From NCBI GenBank assembly GCA_036172245.1, contig JAYWIR010000035.1, positions 1,798,001 through 1,862,000 of the forward strand: a stretch of DNA of 64,000 bases. The letters run 5' to 3'. This document shows positions 27,001-38,600 of the stretch, one piece after another (the first letter of the stretch is position 1; each line of letters starts with the position of its first letter). Position numbers and translations under genes: made by a program. The stretch comes from Raillietiella orientalis. Lineage: Eukaryota. A model generated the notes under the pieces. It was not told the DNA's origin and searched no databases. It worked only from the letters and a program-made list of their open reading frames with translations.

Positions 27001-30000
27001 GAGGCAGGAGCTGCGGGGCAGCTCGCCCTTGAGCCGGGGGAGCCGGGAGACGGCGGCGTTCCCGGCCAGTTGGCGATCGAAGTGGATGGAATGGACAACT
27101 CTCTGCCCTTCCGAGGACGCATTCCACGTGTTCCGTGGCTGGAGCGATCGGTCATCTCGAAAACGCCGTTGTGCTTGATGGGAACTGGGAGGTGAGCCGG
27201 GCTTTTCCTGGGAACGCATCCCAAGAGGAAAAGAGCGACCTTTCCTTCCGTCGCCAGCTTGCTTAGGAGGGCTCACTAAGATCTCTTCCTTGTCTGAGAG
27301 CCAGGCGGCCCTTCAGGCCACGTCCGCGTAAGCGCAGAAGTCCCAGGCGGGAGCTCCTCCGCAGGGACTTCCGCCTTCGCGCCTGGAGCGCGTGCTGACT
27401 CGTGTTGAGTCCCACGCGGTAGCCCGAAGCCCGAGGGTGAGCGGGGTGTTTGCTCGGGCGACAAGCAAGTTCGCTACCCCCTGCGACCTGACCTCAGACG
27501 TGAACGAGGGAAAATGAGAGATCGCAAACGGATGCGAGCAATGAACGGATTAGAGTTTTCAAGGGGCGTGGAAGCAGCCGATCTCTTTACAGACGAAGTT
27601 GCACTTTGTCCGTGGTCCGGAGACGAGGAGGAGGGGCGAGAAACCAGCGTGCTGCAACGAACCGAAAGCAGTTGGAACAGAGTCAGTGGCCCTCGGGTCG
27701 GTTTGCAGGGAAACATCGCAAATGGGTTTCCCGGTGGTCACTGGAACTGACTCTGCGTCATACAGAGTTTCTTCCCTTTCTTTTTCTTCTTTTTTTACAC
27801 CGGATGGAGGCAGAAAGCGTACATCACTCCAGGATGTGCGATGCTTTGAAGTTCACGAACCACGTGAAAGAACGAAAGCGGGAAAGGGAAGCTGCCACTT
27901 GGCCCATCTTCCCGTCCCCGTTGGCGTCGACTGGAGGGGATCTTCCGGGGAGTTTGGGTCCCTCCGTCGGGTCGCCTCCTCCTTTCAAGGACATCGCGGC
28001 CCCTCGTGCATTCTTCTACCACTGCACATCCGTCGCCACCTCGCTCTTCATTGCGACGGGAAAAATTCCTCTTCCGAGAAAGCTCCCCACACACAGCACC
28101 GTCCTTTCGTACGCTATTCCCCCAAATGGGGAGGGGCGCCGTCTCTCCCCCTTCCTCAAACGAGACCGCTGCTATAAAGTGAGGTCGGCGCAGTCCCGAA
28201 GACTTTAAAGAAAATGGCCCGGCTTGCACTCATCTGCAGCTTCCCCCCCATTCTTGGGTTCTCCCCCCCCTCCCTCCCCCATCCCAGAAAGCGGACAGTT
28301 CATTCTCGCGAACTGGTCTTCGGGGTCGGGAGAGCGCGTGAGGCTTGCGAGCAGCCTGCCAAAAGGCCAGCTGCTCCCGGAGGAATTTCTTCGGAAGTCG
28401 AATACGACGCGGAGTCCGAGCTCCCGGCCAAGCGAAGCGGCAGCGCTTTTCCGTGGGCGACTTTCGGGAGCCTCTGCGGAAACGACGGGCATTCCGCCTC
28501 ATCCTGTTTTTTTTTTTTTCGAAACCTAGGTTAGCTCGGACCGGGGCGAGCCGAGAGGGGACGGAACGGGCTGGCGAAAGGGCCGTCCAAGATCAGGTGG
28601 ACAAGCGCGTGTGTGCGTACTTGTGCCTGAGGCGCTGCCTCCGGTCCCACAAGCAGGGAGACGAGGAGAAAAGGATCTGCGAGACGCCGCAGAACCTTGT
28701 GAAATTTTCGTCACGCTCTCCAGAGAAGCTGTTAAGCTGTCGAAACAAACAGATGGACGAGCAGTAACCTTTCGAGTAGTGGGGTGGGGGGGGGATGCTT
28801 TTTGCTCACGGCTGGGAGGGAAGGGTTGCTTTGCGGGGCAATCAAGTCTTCCACAGCGCTCGTCTTAATTCGCCCTTCCAGTCGAGACAAAGAGCGACAG
28901 ACATCACCTGTTCAGGATGAAGACCCGAACAAGAGCGCGTCCTACGTGAATAGCTGAAAGCCAGGGCGCGCGCGCCATTCTTCGCTGGGTGGTGCGCGCA
29001 CCATTGTTCGTCGGGTTCCCTGCGAACGCGGGAAAATCGTCCAGAAGCTCCTTTTTATATCCTTTCCTCGAGAGGCGGAAGAGGATCGGCACTCAGGGAG
29101 ACACCGGAATCGCCATCTTAGAATCATCGCCTGAGGTGGAGCAGTGTCCGAGGGAGGCAGGATCTTGCCGAGCCGTCGGATCTGTGGAAACTCATCTTCC
29201 GAGTGCGAGCGGCCCATCATCCATCAGATACCTTTCCCCCCCTCCCACCCCACTCCACCCGCTTCTCGGTTCTCCGCGGTCACACACGCCTCAGGTGTTG
29301 TTCCGAAGTTCCTTTTCTTCCTCTCCTATGGGGGCGACCTCTTCTCCGGACAGGCGCTCTTATAGGTCTCGCCGGTGGGTTGGTCACGGTAAGAGCAGCG
29401 GGGTAACAGGAGGAAAATCCGAACGGAGCGAGGCCGCCATGGCTTTCCAGCTGGACGTCTGCTAAAAAGGCGGAACGGATGTAGGTCGCGTCCCGGCTGC
29501 GCGCATGTGCGTCCAGCACCAGTGACCTCGCGGCCTAGTCCCTCGCTCCGGGAACGGTTCGGCTCCGCGAGGAAGATGCCGACGGGAAGGGGCCCTCGGC
29601 AGACCGCGTGAGAAGAGCGAAGCCGGAAAAGGACGTTCGAGATGCTGCAGGAGAAGGGGATGGTATCATCTCTCTGAGAAGAGATCGTGGTCTCTTGCCG
29701 CTACCGTTCTGCCGTTCGGGTGCTCCCGACCACGGCAGACGGCTGCTCTCCTTCTCTCGAGGGCGGAGGGCAGCGCGACGAGCACCCTCGGAGGTGTGTC
29801 AGGATGTGACGCCACGGCTCCACTCTTTACAACAAGGAAAGAGAAACTTTGAAAGGCGTGACAAATTACGATCTGTCCCTCCACCCAAATGGACCAGCCG
29901 CTCGAGGTGTACGCCTCCACGAGGTGGCTCCGCGCGAGGCCGCCGAAAGCTCCGCGCTCCTCTCCAAGGGTCTTCGTAAATCCCGATCTCGCGGGAAAGT

Positions 30001-30934
30001 GGCCCAAGCCGTGTCCGAGCGAAAGATGAGCGAGCTGCCATCTTTCGTCCATCTCGCTGCCCGCCCATGCGTCGGACGCATCCCCTCGCCAGATATTCCC
30101 TTCGGTGAGGTCCGCGCTCCCCCGGCATGAAAAGACGAGCAAGGGAGGACGGATCGTAGGGGGGCAAGCAAGGAAGGGAAGCACCGGGTCGGTTGCGCCT
30201 CCGGAGATGGCTCTACAGTGGATCAGTCGGGTTTCCTGCTCTCTCCAGCCCGGCTCCCGGGCTCAGGATTGGGAATAGCTCATCTCCGGCTGCAGCGCGC
30301 GCGCCCATTGGAGAAACCTCCCGGGCCACATTTCTCGCAGCTCGGAAGAGCTGCGTGCGCGTTGCCTCCAGTGAATTACGGAGCCACCCTTTCCGCAATA
30401 AGGGGGCCCGTGAGGGCACGTGGATCAGATTCATTCGATGTGGCTTGATCTCTGGAAGGAGCGCTGCTGGCATCTGACCCTCGTCCGTCATCACAAGGGG
30501 AGTCTCTCCCGACCCAGCGTCGAGGGCGTCTCCTGCTTCGCTCTCCCTCCCCTCGGAAGCCTTCCTGGCGCGCTTTCCCCATCCGCGTGCGCTCGCGAAC
30601 AAGGGGGCGAACAGGAACTTGCGCGCTCTTGCCGAGAACTTCACGCTCGTTTTGGAGCATCCGGCGGACAAGTTTCTGGCCTACAGCTTCCTTCATCCTT
30701 TTGCGAGGGAGAGGAGACCGCGGGGAAGCACTCCTCGCCCGGCTCCTGAGGATGAGCGAAGGCACAGAGCCAGTTCAACGGGTCCGCTCCTCACGCAGAC
30801 AAGAACTCTTGACCTTTTCTCGGTAACCCGCTCGGTCACAAGAGATAACTTGTTGCTCCTTTGACCATACACGTTATTGATGCTTCGTTCGTTTTTTTTG
30901 TTTTGCTTTTTGACTCTTCCTTCGTCTTACAGAG

Positions 30935-31136
30935 ATGATCAAGTGGTCCTGCGTTCACGCGGAGAAGGACTGCTCTGCCTACGATCCTCCTCCAGAAATG
31001 AACGTCCCGCCTCCTCCCCTGCCGGCCTTCCTCGCGAACGTCGTTCTGTCGACGCCTGCAACCGACGCATCCTGCGATCTCTGCAAGTGGGCGTCTCAGG
31101 AACTCTCCGGAGAAGACGGCGGAGTCGCAGTGAAAC
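30935..31136 (+). CDS. Coding exon 1 of a 267-aa single-pass membrane protein (Cys/Pro-rich N-terminal region MIKWSC...YDPPPEMNVPPPPLP...CDLCKW...VAVK)
   Basis: A pyrimidine tract and CAG acceptor (AG at 30931-30932) lie just before the ATG at 30935. The donor is AAAC|gtaaga (GT at 31137). The 202 coding nt are 67 codons + 1 nt, which joins the next exon in frame (C+AC = His). The composition is protein-like, unlike the surrounding chance ORFs. Confidence 0.8.
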
Positions 31137-31213
31137 GTAAGAGCCCCTTCCAGAAAACTTCGTCCTTCGCGGGGAGTTGCACGGGGACTCCTGGCCGTTC
31201 TGTTTCTTGCTCG

Positions 31214-31246
<33 letters not shown>

Positions 31247-31318
31247 GCTTCCTCGGAACGCCATCGTCTCCGAGAACGCGATGCTCCGGGTCTGACCTGT
31301 TTTTTTTCTGCTTTTAAG
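31137..31318 (+). other. GT-AG intron, 182 nt, phase 1
   Basis: GTAAGA donor, internal (CT)13, branch-point-like CTGAC at about 31292, T-rich tract, and a TTTTAAG acceptor ending at 31318. Removing it gives a continuous 804-nt CDS. Confidence 0.8.
31221..31246. repeat. (CT)13 microsatellite inside the intron
   Basis: Directly visible in the sequence. Confidence 0.95.
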
Positions 31319-31920
31319 ACGGAGAGACGACGACCGACTGGATGGTGCTCCTGGTTACCGTGGCCATACTTTCCGCCATTCTGGGAGCTGCTACTATCGC
31401 CTGCATCTTCCGCTGCTTCCGCTACAACCGAGAGTCCAGAAACCGGATGCACGGCGGATGCTGCTCCGAATCTACCCCAAGCGGCCTTTCCGCCCACCCC
31501 ATCGGCTCCTGGACAAATCCCTCCGTCCCCCCCCACATCCTGCAGTGTCCCAGGAACTTCTGCTCGTGCTCTGCGTATCCCGCCGAAGAGCACAAGGCGG
31601 AGCACCCGTGCTGGAAAAACGCCCAGTACGCGGAACCGAAGGAAGACAATTCAATCTACTCCGAGCTCAACACGGGATGCTCCGAACGGCATCCCTACTC
31701 CGAAATAGTGGACCCCCTGTTTCCCGAAAACGTAGTGCCTTCCACGTACGAGAACGGGGCCTTCATGCTGTGCGAAAGCAGCGGGAGCAGCGCCTACTAC
31801 AGCGACAGCTCCGGGGCTCAAAGGATGCTTCCGCCTTTCCGATGTGTCGTGCTTCCCAGCAACGCGGGTCGCTGCGACCCGTCTCAGGAGAGCTCCAACG
31901 TGCTGTCGCAGTACGTCTGA
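31319..31920 (+). CDS. Terminal coding exon: TM helix (WMVLLVTVAILSAILGAATIACIF) plus Tyr-motif cytoplasmic tail ending in SQYV
   Basis: About 24 hydrophobic residues are followed by the basic RCFRYNRESRNR (positive-inside). The tail carries SIYSEL, PYSEI, TYEN and SAYYSD. Third codon positions are C-rich. The TGA stop is at 31918-31920, in frame with the upstream exon. Confidence 0.85.
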
Positions 31921-34900
31921 CCGGATTTCACCCGTGCGCTCTCGCTGTGCCCCCCTCCTCCTCCCTCTCCCCCCGGGTGGCAGCACAGACTGTCGCACGA
32001 TCTCGAAGCTAGTCATTGCAGCCAAAGTTGTGCCATAACCAGACGCCTCTTTCGTGAGGTTTGCAATTCGCGCCCGAGGAAGGGACTCGGCGCGGTTTCC
32101 AAGGGTGGCACCTCCCCCCTCCTCCTCCCTTACCCCCCCCCCTCTTCCCTCACTGTTCGAGTTTGGGAACCAAGTGACGCGAATTTCGTGTTCTCTGTGA
32201 TATGCATGCTGGCGCTCGCTGACAGCAGCAGCAGCATTCGCGGAGGTTCGCGGATTCATCCGCTGCCTCCGTGGCGACGGTCCTCGCACCGCCCGCATCC
32301 TCGTCTTCCCGAAGGAGCTCCCTCCGAACCCTCACGGCAGAGGTTCCCACCTCCTACGTCACAAGGAGATCGGCTTGTTCCGGGGCAACGGCACAACGTG
32401 TTTCATCGCCGCTGTCCCTCCTCCTTCCTTCTCTCCCCGTCCCACTTATCGTTGGTTCCCGTTGTTGAACAAATGAGAGTCTAAAATAACAAGTTTTTTT
32501 TTTGTGTGTGTATTCTTGACACGTAGGAAAAGTAAAAGAAAAAAATACAAATTGCCAGTGACCACCTGAGTTCATTTATCTTCAGATAGCAGCTCACTTT
32601 CTCTGGGTTCTTCCGACCGGTGAACCAATCCATGGCTCTGTAAAAGCCGTCATCATGGAATCGGCAGCGTTCGTGGCGGCTCGCGTTCTCGGGGCTGAGG
32701 TCTCCTCCCCTCGCGCTGCACCCAGCGGATGCCCCCGTTGACTGGGTTCCGGGATTGGAAGTCGACCCTCCGGGATCTCCTTCCAGGAGGAATCAAGGAG
32801 CCGGTTCCCTTCGGAAGGTGAAGATGAAGCTGCCCCTCCCCTCGGGAGAGACCTCTCATCACGAAACATGGAGCTGATTGATACCACCTTCGGGGGGAGG
32901 GCGCCTCTCCAGGGTGCAAGAAGCGCGCGCCGCTCCCTCCGGGGTTCTCTTCAGAGGAGGAAACCAGGAGCTACTCCTCTCCAGAGGGGAAGAAATGAGG
33001 AGTGCTTCTCCCCTAAGGGTCCCTCCGGAGGAATAAGGAAGAGGTTTCCACAGCTGTCGTTCCCACAACGGAGGAGCGAGCCCCCAAGCTGTGAACTGTG
33101 GGGTCACTCTCCATCGGCCACACTCCGCTGAACTTGCTTCAGCTTTCTCTGCTGAGCCTTCTGTTCCCTTCCCCTGACCCCCCGCCGTGAGAAGAACTTT
33201 TGGATGCTCTCCTTGCCCTTCCTCCTGAGCTCCCTCCGCGCAAAGGAAGGAGGCCGCAGGCAGTCGGTTGCGCCGGTGCCACGCGCTCACCGCGGAAGCG
33301 CCGGGGTTCCTCCCGGGCTTCGCGTTGCCCCAGTCACAGTGTGGTCAGCTTTCCGAGACCGTCCAGGAGCGCCTGAACGCTCGGCAACTTCTCTTGTTTC
33401 TCGGTCTGCTTGCTCCGGTTGGGTGACCCGAGACAGGACTCGGCCCCGAGCCACTTCCTTTGCTGTCATGGCCGCCGGATCCTCTGTCGACTTGGAAGAC
33501 AAACGGAAGATCAGCAGACGACGGTAGGAAGAGGGGAGGAGGTGAGCAAATCGCGGATGGCGAGCTCGTGCGGAAACACAGGTGTCCGCGCGTACACTTT
33601 CGGTAAGCGATTCCTCACCAGAAGTCACGAGCGCACCTCGAAACCACGGGGCGAGCGGGACCGACGACCTCGCGGCAGGGGAATCGCCTAGAAACCGTTC
33701 AGCGAGTGGTGTCGAAGAGCAGACAGGCATGAAAGGTTCCCAGAGCAGCACCCCGGCCCGCAAGCGAGCCGGAGGCAATTATGGACAAGGCATTAGGGAT
33801 GCCTCGCTGGCCAGGAGAGAGAGTGGACGCGTCCACCACTCTCGCCAGGCCGGTCCACCTCTCTTCCAATTGGCAAAGAGGGCTGCAGTCAAGCGGAACA
33901 GGAGGAGGGAGAGTTTCCGTCCCTCGGAACGAGGAGGAAGCGCACGTTTCCGAGACGACGCGGGCTCGCTCGCATCCCGCTAAGAGCGTCTCCTAATGAC
34001 TTCATCCTGCTGCGCCTACAGTCCGCGGTTCTGCGATCGCGGGCGCCCCTTTCGTCCGGCGCAGCTGACCGTTTCGAAATGTCATCGCCGTAGCAGCAGC
34101 AGCAGCCATTTCAGGAAACGCGGGGGAGGGGGAAAAAAAACCCGCGCGCATGCGCGCCCGCACGCACATAAAAAAGGGGGGAAGGAAGGAGGGCGGTGGC
34201 AGGTTTCTGCACAGACGGAGATGCATCAGCGGGGTAAAAAGAAAAATCCGTGGATGCTTCCTACACCGGCAGAACGGAAAACGGCACTTTCCCGTCGATC
34301 TGCGTGATTGGAGCACGAAGTCCTTCAGGCGGTGCCCAACAGATTTCCTGCCGAGAACCCCCATCCTCGTGGTCTCGTTCCTTCCCCTCCTCCCCACTGC
34401 CTGAAGCCGGTCGCTTTGCCGGCTCGACTTCTTGGCATCTCTGACGTCTCTCAGGACGGCAGGGAGAGTGCCCTGTCTGGATTCCGGGCGGAACGGCGTT
34501 CCAGTCTGCTCTGCATCCCTCCCGCAAGCTATCCCCCATCCACCCCCCTCCGTCCCGTGCTCTCCCCAGGGCGCGTGCTCACGCGCTGCTCTTGCGTCTC
34601 CTTCGCTCCGGCGACAAGAGTTTCCGCCCCGGCCGCTGCCGGCTCCAGGAGTGATAGGAACCGCGGGCAAAACACGGCGTGGGGTGAGGATATGACCCCG
34701 GATCGTCCGGAAAGGTCATCGTGGACAGGATGAGTCGCAGGAAGGATAGGAGTGCTCCGCGCGCGTTCCTCGGCACGAGTTTTTGAGGAGGTGAAGTTTC
34801 CAGGACCAGAGGAAACCCAAGGAACAGCCAGCGGCCCCGCAGCAGAAATAAGAGCGCACCAGAAGCTTCCTGGTGAGGAGAAGGGGGAGGAGAATCTTCG

Positions 34901-35560
34901 GGGACGGTTCACCGTGCCAAGTGGGGGAGATCTGGTTGGGTTTCCTTTTTGGGTGGGGTTAGCCACGTACTGAGGAACCTCTCGTCTCCTTCGGGATGGC
35001 TCGAGAAGCCCTTTAATGCCGCCCACGTCACCCGAGGGCACGCGTTGCTCTTCAAGAGAGGGAACCACCCCGTGAACCCAGGAAGAGATCCGGAGAAAGA
35101 GAGTCCATTCCTCCCACGCCTAGGGAGGAAACCCTGATAGGAACCTCCTCTTCCTCATTCCCTCCGGGGAACGAGGAAGAGGTGGCCGCTCCGCGCTTTT
35201 TTCTCCGGAGGATCTCCTGCAAAGGATCCGCTCTCTTCTGAAGAGAAATTTGAAGGGACGCTTCCTAATTTCTTTGAAGAGTTGCTCCTAAAGGAGCAGC
35301 GCGATTCTCTTTCACACTCTGGAGAGGTATCGATCCACCAGCTCCATGGTACGAGATGGAGGGTCCCCTCCAAGAGGAAAAGCAGCTTTATCTTCGCCAC
35401 CGGAAGGAAACCCCGAAGGGCTCCTTGATTCCTGGAAAGACCTCGGAGGGTCAACTTTCGATCCTGGCCAGTTGCCGTGGATACCCGGTTTTTCAGCTTC
35501 CACCGGTGCCGCACCCAAAAGGCCAACCTGTGTCTACCCCCCGTTCTTCGAGTCGAGCAT

Positions 35561-35633
35561 TTCCCGTGCGGGATTCGAGCCTGCGACGTTCGGTGCCACA
35601 CGCGAAGACGGCAGCCACGCAGCTACCGGTGGC
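35561..35633 (-). mobile_element. tRNA-derived element (SINE head or tRNA pseudogene, possibly His-GTG-derived)
   Basis: On the minus strand it reads GCCACCGG-TAGCTGCGTGG (A-box-like) ... TTCG-CGTGTGGCAC-CGAA (anticodon-arm-like, containing TGTGGC) ... GCAGG-CTCGAAT-CCCGC (T-arm/B-box, 4/5 pairs). Length is about 73 nt. The acceptor stem pairs only about 3 bp, so it is not a functional tRNA. Confidence 0.55.
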
Positions 35634-38600
35634 TGTACTTCCGACTAGCGAGGGCAGGAGCACCGTTGAACCCCTCTGGGCCAGAAACAGGCCCTCCGAA
35701 CTCCCTCTCGATGGAAGGGGTCGCCTGAGCTGTGTGTACCCGCGCTGCAGACAGGGGACGAGAGGATAGACTGCGGCAACTCGAGGGGACGCTATGCTGG
35801 TACTCCCGGGTCTCCGTGGAAAGAGGGCGTCCCGCGCGCGGAAGCAGGCGGAGTCCGTGTCGCCTTCCGTCTGGGAGTGGGGGGGGGGGGGGAGGGGGGG
35901 ATCGTGAGGCGCGGACTCTTCCGACAGAAGCTTCCGGACGGTCGCAGACCTTTCCTAGGTCGGTTGCGGGATGCCCGTGGGCGCATCAGATCTCAAGGAT
36001 GTCCGACAGCCCACAGTGGTAGTCACAGGAACAAGAGTCTGAGGAATGGAAGAACGGACCAGCAGGATTCCAATGCCGCCTTGGGTGGTTCCTGTGACGA
36101 CGTGAGCCATCTCTCTAGATGGGCCGTAGGGAAAGGGGGGGGAGGGAAGCTGCTCCGGACCGCTCGCTGCCAAACGCGCCGCACTAGCTCCTGGAGGAGG
36201 TCCCGCCGGGCTTTCCGTTGCATTATTCCCAAACTTTGATACGGCGCATCTCGGGGACGCGTTTCCAACGAGAGCTCCCGAAGGAAGGTAGACTCCGTCT
36301 CCAAGGGCACACCAGGCTCCGCGGGATGACAGGAGGTCTGAGAAGGGACCCTATTCTCCTGCGCCGAGCCGCAGGACGCGCTTGGAGGGTCACATGACTC
36401 GCACGCGTTTCTCTTATGGGGAACTTCGTCTGGACGACCCCACGCCCAGACGAGTCCCCTCTTCCTCGAGAACGCCCCCTTCCTCCTCCCCGGCATCGTT
36501 CTCGAAGGATGCCGTCCTGAACCGCAGAACGACTGGTGCCCTCCCAGCGCGTGCACCCCATGGGGAACGGGGCAGGACGCAGGTGACAGCGGCCATCCCG
36601 CCAAGGAGCGCTTCCTCAGAATCAGTCTCTCCTGAGACAGGGCGTCTCCGATCCTGACGACTACAGGGACCGAGCGGCACCCTGCCACACCTCTCCTTCA
36701 CCTTCGCCCGGCCGCACGCACGCGACTCCGATGCGCACCCTCGCGTGGTGAGAGCCGCCGCGCGGTGTCTGGCAACGGAGCGCACTGGAAACCGCACCCG
36801 CGGGCGACCCTGGCGTATAAGCACAGCGTGCCCCCAGGCCGGCCGCGCGCGATGCGTGGACGCTGCCATCGCAAGCACTCCTCGACGGTGGCTCCGCCAC
36901 GGCGCTCCCTTGACTCACGCGCGCGCCACCACCACACCTTCCGGCAGCTGGGCCGCGGCCCGACCTTCTATGGCTCTTCCTGCCTTCCTAGAGCCGAGAG
37001 GCTTTCTCGGAAACCGCTGCACCCGTCCCGAGAGTCGCCTAGGGTTACCGAGCGACTCCCTCGCCGCTTGCTGTGCGGTGCTCCCGCTCTGGTGTCCACG
37101 CCGCACGGGGGACGCGGCTGCCGCTGCCGAAAACAAGGGAGGGGCTCCCTGCGGCCATCTTTCTTCCCCTTCCCTCCCCCTGATCGGAAGTCGGAGCTCC
37201 TCCTTCCCTCTCTTTTCCTCCCCAGGAAGATCGGGGGAAGTGGAAAAGGATGAGACGGAGCGAGCGGGGACCCAGCAACCCAGCCGCCCTCCGGCTCAGT
37301 CCGCTCAGACTCAGCCACGCCTGAGGCGGATGGAGAGCTCCGTCCAGGGATGGTCGACGCCCTCGCCCTTGTGCTAGCGGGAAGAAGGGCATCTCGAGGC
37401 TGGAACGGTCACCTCCCCATTCCCCCCCCCCCCCCACCTGGAGGATATCACCACCTGGACGCCTTGCTGCGCGCGCGCGCACGCGAGCGGGGAGATCGGC
37501 GGAGGAGACGCCGGAAGTTCCGAAGCCTCTGGGGGCATTCCAGGGTGCGGGGGTGGGTGGCGCTCGGGGAAGGGAGAAAAGGAGAAAAAAGGGGAGGGGG
37601 GAGGGGGAGGGACGGTCGAGAAAAAGAAAGGGGGAAGGGAAAAAAAAAGGAAGGGGAGACCTTCGGGAGGAGACCACCCCTGCCGCGCAGGGTCTCCCCC
37701 GCCTCGTCTCCGGGAGCGCGCTGCGGCGGCGCAGCGGGAGCAGGTCAGGTGTCACCGAAGAATGCGGAGAACCGCTGGCGGTCCCGGCGGCGGTGGCGCG
37801 CGTCCCGCGAAGGCTCTTTTCCGCTCACAATCGGGCGATGACAGGGAAGCTGCGCCGGGCGCAAGGGGAGGGGGTGGAAGCGGAAGGCCCACCAGCTTCG
37901 CGAGGTCCCCGAGGGGCGCGCGCGCGCGCGCGACGCAGAGACCCCGCTGGCTTCCCCTTTCCCACCTCCCCCTCTTTTGTGCTGGGCGAGCTGACATCCA
38001 GAGGCATCCCGCGAGGGAGCTCGAGACCGCAGTGCCGCTTTCCCGGACAGGGTCTCGGAGGACGCGAGGGAGGGGGGGAAGAAGGCACCCTGCCTTCCGG
38101 TCTCCCCCGAGTCGAAGAGAGGCGAAAGGGGTGCCTGACTATCGGCGAGTGTGCGTGCGCGAGACGGTCCGGTCGGACCGGGACGCTTCCAAGAAGGCGC
38201 CTCGTCAGGATCGAGCGGAGGATCACGCGCGCGACGAGATAAGCACCCGGCCGCCTGCGGTCGTGCTCGCACCTCGGGGAAATCCCGAGAGCAGCTGCGC
38301 TCCGGAAGACCTCCCCCCCCCGACCGGAATTCGCGTCTCCTCCGTCACTCCTTCCTCGGGCTCCACCATCCCCTCGCCAGCGAGTTCGACCTGCGCTCTC
38401 GCATGCCATCGAGCGCTGTGAGTGGGGGAAGGGGAGTATGAGGGGAAAATCGATCCTTGCTCTCCGCTTCGGCCCTGCCTTCGTCCAGCTTCCAGCGTGC
38501 TAGACCTCGCAAAATCCCTCCCTTCCTAGTAGAAGCGACCGTGCGACCCCGGGGGCGAGCCAGTCGGGTGACTAGCCGACGCGGAAACACCAGTGCTCCC

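Noticed and set aside
30935..31708. Unspliced 257-aa ORF
   Set aside because: It reads through the (CT)n intron (SLSLSL) and out of frame across exon 2; the spliced model is far better.
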